A stretch of 64,000 bases of DNA, from NCBI GenBank assembly GCA_030704615.1, contig CM060731.1:84320001-84384000 (forward strand). Direction: 5' to 3'. This document shows positions 11,830 through 21,935 of this stretch, piece by piece. A program made the position numbers and the translations under genes. Origin of the DNA: Takakia lepidozioides. Lineage: Eukaryota; Plantae; Bryophyta. The number at the start of each line of letters is the position of its first letter. The first letter of the stretch is position 1. Under the pieces are notes generated by a model. The model was given only the letters and a program-made list of their open reading frames with translations. It had not been told where the DNA came from and searched no databases.

Positions 11830-14800
11830 TCAAGTGTCACAGTCATCAGAATCAGTCTCGACCTCCTGTGCTATGTCATCCACAAAGATTCTGGCCCCAA
11901 CACCACGTCTTCTACCACGGCCGTGGATAGGTGGACTCCGAGTGCCATGAACGGTCATGCTTGTTGCGAGTGCCTCCGCATAGACAGGTAGCACGCAAGA
12001 CCGAGGAGGACTGGAAAGAAGTCCAAACAGGTGTGATAGCCCTGGAGGGCAAGTGGAAGCACGCGGACTCCTGCACATGTCGACAAAAACCCATTCAGAA
12101 CACAATATGCAATACACAAGTCCAACGAAGAGGATGTCTGCCATGTGAACTTTGCCTCAAGAAGAGTGATTCTCGATATTGAAACAACAATGCAAGCATG
12201 CACAGGTTGAACTTACTCACAGGCAAAGTCGGAGTCCAGCTCCTTGTCGGAAGTCTCCTCTGTATCAATATCAGCGGGACGGGGCTTCGGAAGGACTTGA
12301 GAAGTGTGTCCACCCAAACCCATAAGGAGGTTGTTGTAAATCTCAGCATCCCCTTCAATCCCAAAGAGATGTCGGGCACTGGCCTTGCAAGCGTGGTACG
12401 AAGCACCTGCAGTGGAATAGAATGAAGGAAGCAGACATTGAAGACACATATGGAACGGTGGGAAGTACTGAAAGTGCAAGCTCAATCAAACCTCATGAAA
12501 TCCGAATGTTGAAGAGACGAACCTGTGCCCATTGACAAATCCAGAACTCTGGCGTCTGTGTAGGTGCAGCACTCCACAATCGTTTGAATGAAAGCCGGGC
12601 TCCTCTCCCTCGCCCCTCTCCAAGGAACCCCATTCCCCTTCGCAAGCAGACGCTTGCTGTCGACGTAGTTGTGGTGCATGTCATCCGTTGGAGGATCTGT
12701 CTTGTCGTCTATGAACTTGCCCCCATGAGTGATGGCGAACTCCAAATGCCGGCCGGAGTCGTTGGTGGATGCACTCGGACGAGACAAACAGCTTCAAACA
12801 AACGAGTTTGCGAACAACACATTCAGAAGGAACTAAGAAGCTTAAAAAATCAGGCCCCTACATATGAGATCGAGCGACCTATACAACTCCATCCGAGAAC
12901 CACCAAGAAGAGGAAGAAGAAGGTAAATTTACCATCTCTTCCCGGACGATCCCCCTTCGTAAGGTACATGCTGTTCACACAATTCCATGTCTTCAGGACT
13001 CTCATGCCCGAGGCTTTCAAATAGCTGGCAAGTGCACGGCAACAGCAAACGTCGGCGGACTGTATGAGCACCAAAACACCTGCATCGGACAGGAAAAAAT
13101 TGCAAAAGGAGAAAACCCACCGCCAGTAGCGCTCATCAAAAGCATTCCAACCCGGACAAGCACCCGATGGAGGGACATCCGGGACTGCCAACCATCAGGG
13201 ATGTCCAGATTATGAGTTCGGCTGCATATTGCTTCTCCTTCCCGTTCACCCAGGATTTGGTCATTTTAGCCTGCAAACAAAATTACAATGGAATACTCAA
13301 GAGGATTGAAACGATCCATGCCCACTGCAGAGAAGATGCAAAAGAGAACACGTACCGTGCCGAGGAACTGTACAATACTCTCCCACACTGGTGATGGCTC
13401 GCCCTTGTAATCAGATTTCTTCAACTCCATCATGGCAAGGAATCCGACGTTGGCCATCTCCAACCTGGTAGGGCGAATGACCCTCGTCGGATGTTCCACT
13501 GCATGGTACGGGTCCTTGGGATCAACCACCCCCCTTGTTCTTTCTCACGGATCCCCTACCATGCGGTGGAGTCTGCTGGACATGCACCACTGGGCCAATA
13601 TCTGCAAACACTTCCCTGCCTTGTGCCACCTTCCCTCTACCCTTCCTTCCCCACAACACCAGCAACATCTTTCCCCTTTGCCTTTCTACCTCTACCCGGG
13701 GTTATCTGAGCGGGAGGCTCCTTCTCTGCAAGAGTCCTCAAATTTCGCTCATGAATGTCGAGGTCGGCTGCTGCGGCAGTGGCTGCAATTCGCTCATTCT
13801 CTCTCCTCAAAGACACCTCCGGAGCTGGGGTCTCAGAAGGAGGGCAATCCAAATACCAACCACAAGAAGATAGATGGTCTGGGCCCAGTCATGCAAGATC
13901 CCAGTAGTAAACATAGTCTGATTTCCAGCAGGGACAAGCCAGAGGTCCACGAAATCTGGATGTTTGTCCAAACAATTCTCTTCCATGAGAACAACTTTAT
14001 GTACCTGCAGGAACAAAGACAGCCTCATTATGCAATGCAATTATTGTCTCTCAGTTTTTCCATCACATTCCCTTAAACTGTATGCGTCACAGTACATTGC
14101 AACCACAGGACACCAAGTAAACTGAACTGCCCAGGGAGTGCACCTGTAAAGGCATCGTTTCCAGGCTTCCTCTCCTTTTTCTTGCTGGTCAAGGTCATGT
14201 GTTCGACTGATGCCACCCTCTTGCTGAACTCTCTAAAGAAACAAGAGTGCCACACTGTGGCTCTCCATTTCCTCATGTATGCTTCGAAGGAGACCTTCGG
14301 TGCTGTCATAGTGATGCCATAGTCAGCCAGCTGAGTATGCAGAACCGACCGTGCCCTTTCTTCCAACTGCAAAACAATTCAAATGCAAGAATGAACCCAA
14401 AAAAATCACTGCGAATGTGAGAGGCAATGGAAAGAGAAGGACAGGAAAAGAGAAAAGAAAGTGACACAGGAAAGGACAACACACCTGGCTCCAGTTTGTG
14501 GCCTTGTGAAGCCATGTGTCCAGCACATTGTCACTGACTGGAATGAACGCTGGGTCTTTCTTCTCTTTCTCCGGCCTGGGGAACATGTGTGTATCCCTAA
14601 CTGTGGGATCGGAGTTCCATATCTGTAGCCACTTCACCTTCTGTTCTGAAGACACAACGGCGGGGTAGACAACCTGTTGTAACTTTCTGGGCCATCTCTG
14701 GCTTGCCTGGCTTGTTATAATGGTTTTTTATCTCCAAGAGAAACTGCGTCCGAATGATGGGTCGGCAATTCTCAACTGCTTCACAAAAGCACTCATTATA

Positions 14801-17800
14801 GTCCTTCTTGTAGCGGTCATCTCTTTTTGGATGTGAGTCTCAACCCCCTTTGCTGTCCTTCTCTCTCAGGGGTTGACCTGTAGTATTCCAGTTTGCCACG
14901 CTCCCCTGCATCTGCAATGTCTTGCTGCAAGGGAATGCACGAGAGTTGCATGAACCGAAGGGCAAGGGAAACAAACAGAAACAAACATGTGGAAGCGGGA
15001 CTATGGAAAGGGCAGATGAAGGAAGATGTATCTCACGTGTACATGTACTCCATGAAAGCTCGCGTGTCAACGAGTACCCTTTCCGATGTCTTGGAGCTTT
15101 CGCACTTCTTGTACGTCTCCGCTGAAAGGATGGTCTTGAAGTTGGTCAAGGGCATCTGCCCGATCCTTTGTATCCTATACAATGTGTGAACCAGACTCGT
15201 TTGACATGCGATGTCCGTTCCTCTGCAGAATGATATCTGAAAGTCAGAATGAAATTCAAGGACTTTAATCAAAGAACCAAGGCTGCAAGTGGAACAGGTA
15301 GAATGAGAAAACAACCTGTTCACATCATTCATTGCCATCAGAAGACCCATCATGTTCCCCTCACATCCAGCACCATCGATCGAACAGAGTAATGCCACTC
15401 TTCCTCCTGTGAGTGCAGCCTCCCAATAACAGCCATCCATGCAAGCAATCGGTGGTTCCCATCCCAAACGTGAAACATCTTCCCCGAGAATGCTGGGGGG
15501 AAGGTTTCCTGGAGAGAAGAAGTTCGAAGGATTCGTTCACCTGTCTCCAAATAGGATCCCAGGAGTCACGATTGGATCATCACAAGGAGCTCATTGCCTG
15601 TGGAATCCTTTGTACAAACGTAAAACACTGCGGATCCATCCAAATACCCATGAACAAACCGGCCTCTAGCTTGAGAATGTCCTTGATGAGGGGTGGTCGA
15701 ACGACGGGCATGGAAAACCATCTACACAGGGGAATCTTCAATCCCACCCGGGGCAAGCATAACTTTGCACCACAAGCTGAGAGTTTACCTTCTAACCCCC
15801 AGCATCTCAGCGGCTTTGCTTTCATAGAAACTCATCGTCAACATCAACAATGATATCCTTCCCCAGTCCGAAGGGATCTCCTCCGCCAAACTTTGCATCT
15901 TCTCCTGCAGGGTTGTCCATTCAAATGACATAAGAGTGAGGCATTAGACGAGGGTGTTGAGCATGGCAAACAGGCCATCTGTGGTAGAAAAGGTGAGCTC
16001 AAACAGTGTGCGTTGACGCACACTGTTTGAGGTGCAAGGTAAGTGTTCATTGAACCGTAAGTGTTGAAAGAACACTGTTTGAGCTGCCAGATAAGTGTTT
16101 ATCGGTCCTCAGAGACATGCCTATGTGGCCCATTCTCAAATGAAAAAGGCAATGATAAGGGTACCTCAAACAGTGTGCGCCAACACACACTGTTTGAGCT
16201 GCCAGGATAGTGATGATTCAACCACTAATTCAAACCCTATGTGGCCACTTTTCAGATGACAAGTGCAATGACATGGCAGCTCAAACAGAGTGCGTTGACG
16301 CACACTGTTTGAGCTGCCATGCAACTGATGATTGAACCTCCCAGACCTGCCCTGTATTGCCGAATTTCACAGGGGAAAAACAAAGACAAGGTGTGCTCAA
16401 ACAGTGTGCGGCAACGCACACTGTTTGAGCTGCCAGATAAGTGTTCATCTGTCCTCAGAGACATGCCCTATGTGGCCCATTCTCAAATGAAAAAGCAATG
16501 ATAAGGGCACCTCAAACAGTGTGCGCCAACGCACACTGTTTGAGCTGCCAGGATAGTGATGATTCAACCACTAATTCAAACCCTATGTGGCCAATTTTCA
16601 GATGACAAGTGCCATGCAACTGATGATTGAACCTCCGAGACCTGCCCTGTATTGCCGAATTTCACAGTGGAAAAACCAAGACAAGGTGTGCTCAAACAGT
16701 GTGCCGCAACGCACACTGTTTGAGCTGCCAGATAATTATTCATCTGCCCTCAGAGACATGCCCTATGTGCCCATTCTCAAATGAAAAAAGCAATGATAAG
16801 GGTACCTCAAACAGTGTGCGCCAACGCACACTGATTGAGCTGCCAGGATAGTGATGATTCAACCACTAATTCAAACCGTATGTGGCCAATTTTCAGATGA
16901 CAAGTGCAATGACATGGCAGCTCAAACAATGTGCGTTGATGCACACTGTTTGAGCTGCCATGCAACTGATGATTGAACCTCCGAGACCGGCCCTGTATTG
17001 CCGAATTTCACAGGGGAAAAACAAAGACAAGGTGTGCTCAAACAGTGTGCGTCAACGCACACTGTTTGAGCTGCCAGATAAGTATCATCTGTCCTCAGAG
17101 ACATGCCCTATGTGGCCCATTCTCAAATGAAAAAAGCAATGATAAGGGTAGCTCAAACAGTGTGCGCCAACGCACACTGTTTGAGCTGCCAGGATAGTGA
17201 TGATTCAACCACTAATTCAAACCCTATGTGGCCAATTTTCAGATGACAAGTGCAATGACATGGCAGCTCAAACAGTGTGCGTTGACGCACACTGTTTGAG
17301 CTGCCATGCAACTGATGATTGAACCTCCGAGATCGGCCCTGTATTGCCGAATTTCACAGAGGAAAAACAAAGACAAGGTGTGCTCAAACAGTGTGCGGCA
17401 GCGCACACTGTTTGAGCTGCCAGATAAGTGTTCATCTGTCCTCAGAGACATGCCCTATGTGGCCCATTCTCAAATGAAAAAGGCAATGATAAGGGTAGCT
17501 CAAATAGTGTGCGCCAACGCACACTGTTTGAGCTGCCAGGATAGTGATGATTCAACCACTAATTCAAACCCTATGTGGCCAATTTTCAGATGACAAGTGC
17601 AATGACATGGCAGCTCAAACAGTGTGCGTTGACGCACACTGTTTGGGCTGCCATGCAACTGATGATTGAACCTCCGAGACCGGCCCTGTATTGCCGAATT
17701 TCACAGTGGAAAAACAAAGACAAGGTGTGCTCAAACAGTGTGCGGCAACGCACACTGTTTGAGCTGGCCAGATAAGTGTTCATCTGTCCTCAGAGACATG

Positions 17801-20800
17801 CCCTATGTGGCCCATTCTCAAATGAAAAAGCAATGATAAGGGCACCTCAAACAGTGTGCGCCAACGCACACTGTTTGAGCTGCCAGGATAGTGATGATTC
17901 AACCCTAATTCAAACCCTATGTGGCCAATGTTGCAAATGACAAGTGCAATGACATGGCAGCTCCAACAGTGTGCGTTGACGCACACTGTTTGAGCTGCCA
18001 TGCAACTGATGATTGAACCTCCGAGACCGGCCCTGTATTGCGAATTTCACAGGGGAAAAACAAAGACAAGCTGTGCTCAAACAGTGTGCGGCAACGCACA
18101 CTGTTTGAGCTGCCAGATAAGTGTTCATCTGTCCTCAGAGACATGCCCTATGTGGCCCATTCTCAAATGAAAAAGGCAATGATAAGGGTAGCTCAAACAG
18201 TGTGCGCCAACGCACACTGTTTGAGCTGCCAGGATAGTGATGATTCAACCACTAATTCAAACCCTATGTGGCCAATTTTCAGATGACAAGTGCAATGACA
18301 TGGCAGCTCAAACAGTGTGCGTTGATGCACACTTGTTTGAGCTGCCATGCAACTGATGATTGAACCTCCGAGACCTGCCCTGTATTGCCGAATTTCACAG
18401 GGGAAAAACAAAGACAAGGTGTGCTCAAACAGTGTGCGGCAACGCACACTGTTTGAGCTGCCAGATAAGTGTTCATCTGTCCTCAGAGACATGCCCTATG
18501 TGGCCCATTCTCAAATGAAAAAGCAATGATAAGGGCACTCAAACAGTGTGCGCCAACGCACACTGTTTGAGCTGCCAGGATAGTGATGATTCAACCACTA
18601 ATTCAAACCCTATGTGGCCAATTGATGACAAGTGCAATGACATGGCAGCTCAAACAGTGTGCGTTGACGCACACTGTTGAGCTGCCATGCAACTGATGAT
18701 TGAACCTCCGAGACCGGCCCTGTATTGCCGAATTTCACAGGGGAAAAACAAAGACAAGGTGTGCTCAAACAGTGTGCGGCAACGCACACTGTTTGAGCTG
18801 CCAGATAAGTGTTCATCTGTCCTCAGAGACATGCCCTATGTGGCCCATTCTCAAATGAAAAAGGCAATGATAAGGGTAGCTCAAACAGTGTGCGCCAACG
18901 CACACTGTTTGAGCTGCCAGGATAGTGATGATTCAACCACTAATTCAAACCCTATGTGGCCAATTTTCAGATGACAAGTGCAATGACATGGCAGCTCAAA
19001 CAGTGTGCGTTGACGCACACTGTTTGAGCTGCCATGCAACTGATGATTGAACCTCCGAGACCGGCCCTGTATTGCCGAATTTCACAGTGGAAAAACAAAG
19101 ACAAGGTGTGCTCAAACAGTGTGCGGCAACGCACACTGTTTGAGCTGCCAGATAAGTGTTCATCTGTCCTCAGAGACATGCCCTATGTGGCCCATTCTCA
19201 AATGAAAAAGGCAATGATAAGGGTACCTCAAACAGTGTGCGCCAACGCACACTGTTTGAGCTGCCAGGATAGTGATGATTCAACCACTAATTCAAACCCT
19301 ATGTGGCCAATTTTCAGATGACAAGTGCAATGACATGGCAGCTCAAACAGTGTGCGTTGACGCACACTGTTTGAGCTGCCATGCAACTGATGATTGAACC
19401 TCCGAGACCTGCCCTGTATTGCCGAATTTCACAGGGAAAAACAAAGACAAGGTGTGCTCAAACAGTGTGCGGCAACGCACACTGTTTGAGCTGCCAGATA
19501 AGTGTTCATCTGTCCTCAGAGACATGCCCTATGTGGCCCATTCTCAAATGAAAAAAGCAATGATAAGGGCACCTCAAACAGTGTGCGCCAACGCACACTG
19601 TTTGAGCTGCCAGGATAGTGATGATTCAACCACTAATTCAAACCTATGTGGCCAATTTTCAGATGACAAGTGCAATGACATGGCAGCTCAAACAGTGTGC
19701 GTTGACGCACACTGTTTGAGCTGCCATGCAACTGATGATTGAACCTCCGAGACCGCCCTGTATTGCCGAATTTCACAGGGGAAAAACAAAGACAAGGTGT
19801 GCTCAAACAGTGTGCGGCAACGCACACTGTTTGAGCTGCCAGATAAGTGTTCATCTGTCCTCAGAGACATGCCCTATGTGGCCCATTCTCAAATGAAAAA
19901 GGCAATGATAAGGGTAGCTCAAACAGTGTGCGCCAACGCACACTGTTTGAGCTGCCAGGATAGTGATGATTCAACCACTAATTCAAACCCTATGTGGCCA
20001 ATTTAGATGACAAGTGCAATGACATGGCAGCTCAAACAGTGTGCGTTGACGCACACTGTTTGAGCTGCCATGCAACTGATGATTGAACCTCCGAGACCGG
20101 CCCTGTATTGCCGAATTTCACAGTGGAAAAACAAAGACAAGGTGTGCTCAAACAGTGTGCGGCAACGCACACTGTTTGAGCTGCCAGATAAGTGTTCATC
20201 TGTCCTCAGAGACATGCCCTATGTGGCCCATTCTCAAATGAAAAAGGCAATGATAAGGGTAGCTCAAACAGTGTGCGCCAACGCACACTGTTTGAGCTGC
20301 CAGGATAGTGATGATTCAACCACTAATTCAAACCCTATGTGGCCAATTTTCAGATGACAAGTGCAATGACATGGCAGCTCAAACAGTGTGCGTTGACGCA
20401 CACTGTTTGAGCTGCCATGCAACTGATGATTGAACCTCCGAGACCTGCCCTGTATTGCCGAATTTCACAGGGGAAAAACAAAGACAAGCTGTGCTCAAAC
20501 AGTGCCCAATTTGGCCGTTTTGGCTACACTTTTTGAGCTTCTTGTTCGCGGTTGATGCAACCTGCAGAGATGCCGTGTGCAGTCTATGTTCATATCGACA
20601 TAGAATCTCAACTTGGGTTCACATCAGCAATGAAGCACAAAGATGGGTTCCAAAGATTGAACCTTTTTTTGGGCTGCTCCAGAAGACTCCCCAATCGCCG
20701 GGGACCCTTTGCGCTTCGGACTGCTCTCCACGCCTCTCGTGTTCTGGAGCATCTCCCCCATCCTCTCTTCCACTATTAGGTTCTTCGTGAGGCCAGCGTC

Positions 20801-21110
20801 AACATCATCTTCGGCGTCTGCCTCTCCCTCGGATGCAGTGTCCTCCTCATCTGTTCTTGGAACTATGGCAGGCTGCTGGTCTTCCCCGGATTCCTGCTCT
20901 TCCATCGCCGAACTTGTCTCTTTGCCCTCTTCTTCCGCCTTTTCCTCTTCGGCCACTCTTTCCATCCTCATTCTATATCTGGCTCTATTCCTGTTTCTAG
21001 AGCTCGTGAAGTACAATGATTTCCTTCTCTTCCTCCTCCGCTGGAAACAAGGGCTCCCCACGATGCCTCTAGAGCTCTCCAGTTTGACGTTTGCAACAAG
21101 GGTTCCTATT
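11830..21110 (-). CDS. Multi-exon ParB/Srx-like + N6A/N4C DNA methyltransferase-like protein (apparent frameshifts; exon model approximate)
   Basis: Acidic 5' exon ~20660-21105. ParB-like exon ~15316-15904 (IPLCR...VRP...KMFHVWDGNHRLLAW). Linker exons 13400-15200. MTase exons: ELII-LDIPDG...WNAFDERYW...FLSDAGVLVL (12930-13270), ERSPAFIQTIVECCTYTDARVLDLSMGT (to 12523), then a GT-AG intron at 12407-12522 and GASYHACKASARHLFGIEGDAEIY. That all exons form one transcript is inferred. Confidence 0.75.
12213..13270 (-). other. Beta-class amino-methyltransferase-like domain (N6_N4_Mtase-like fold)
   Basis: Motif order is IV-like (LIILDIPDG) then I-like (VLDLSMGTG-ASYHAC...RHLFGIEGD..IY). This matches the 'DLI.tDPPY ... 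VLDPF.GSGTT..Aa...gR..iGiE.d..y' pattern of beta-class enzymes. Confidence 0.8.
15316..15904 (-). other. ParB/Sulfiredoxin-like N-terminal domain exon
   Basis: FHVWDGNHRLLAW (DGNHR at 15449-15463) fits the hydrophobic-DGxHR-xxA signature of the ParB/Srx fold. The exon is flanked by an AG acceptor (15905-15906) and a GT donor (15314-15315). Confidence 0.7.
15995..20505. repeat. Tandem satellite, ~13 units of ~347 bp, each with three long palindromes (GCTCAAACAGTGTGCG-N4-CGCACACTGTTTGAGC)
   Basis: The unit marker ATGACAAGTGC recurs at ~16256, 16602, 16897, 17243, 17590, 17937, 18283, 18625, 18971, 19318, 19663, 20007 and 20354. About 38 full palindromes, with half-sites near both ends. Confidence 0.97.
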
Positions 21111-21935
21111 GCATGTAACCAAAATCAAAATAGGACATTGTCAACCGTATTTGGATGCGGGTGTTGTTATTGTGTGCGAACGGAATTCATCCATTTCGGC
21201 GTCTTTGTATTATTCAAGAAATAAAGTGCCAGAAAATATGTGCATACGTTGCATGTACTTGTGATATATGTCAGATGTACTTCGCCGCCTGCCAATATAT
21301 GGCGGCCTTCTGGAATGGTTTCAAATTCGGAAGTGCCGCACAAATCTAATGCTAGTTCAATTTGGAGCAGTTCTTGCAGATTCCCCATAAATGTTGTGCT
21401 TCACATATGCATCCACGTGTTTCGTACTGCCTGCCCTGTGCTTTGCATTTTGCCGTCATCGTCGCCATGGGGTCATTCGGTATAAAGGGTTGTGTCGGAA
21501 ATGATCTTGTGTTGCACACATCCGTGCGAGGTGACTCTTGGAGTGTCAGTGTTTGTGCTGTGCTCTTCTGGCACGGCACGACCTCATTACATTCGGGGTC
21601 TTCCTGTTTACTGCTCTCCAGGGTTTTTGCCGTCTTTCCATAAAGGATGGTTTCATGTCATGTTCAGGGTTTGTTTTTCATCCAAAAACAGCACGGCTTC
21701 TTGTGGCCTTCTTTATTTGAAAACAGTTTTTCTAGTTGGTGTCTCTCAGCGTGGTTATCTCCGAAGTTCAGTGCATGTCATTCTTGCATCCTTCTGATGC
21801 ATCGACCGCAGCCTTTGGGTTACTGCTACCCTTGTTGACCTCAATTTTTTTGTGGTGGATCCCCTTTCCAGAATTGCGGGCTATCAAATCGGGGATTCCG
21901 TTGTGGATCGAAAGTTTTGGTCAGCGTAGGAAAAC

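Noticed and set aside
11830-15904. Bacterial or phage contamination as the source of the ParB/MTase sequence
   Set aside because: GT-AG introns interrupt conserved motifs, one intron position is shared with a second copy, and the gene lies inside a TSD-bounded insertion in a retrotransposon.
16252-20357. Many short ORFs across the satellite
   Set aside because: They are by-products of the tandem repeat, with frames that change from unit to unit.
15995-20505. CRISPR array (palindromic repeats separated by ~75-bp spacers)
   Set aside because: There are only three spacer types, which recur in fixed order and are homologous to one another. No cas genes are present and the context is eukaryotic.
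21290-21470. Faint similarity between a minus-strand frame (DDDG...GNLQELL...CG...PEGRHIL.G) and the transposase N-terminus (DDDG...GNLDSG...CG...PGTYRVLG)
   Set aside because: Too few identities and an internal stop; not supportable without an alignment statistic.
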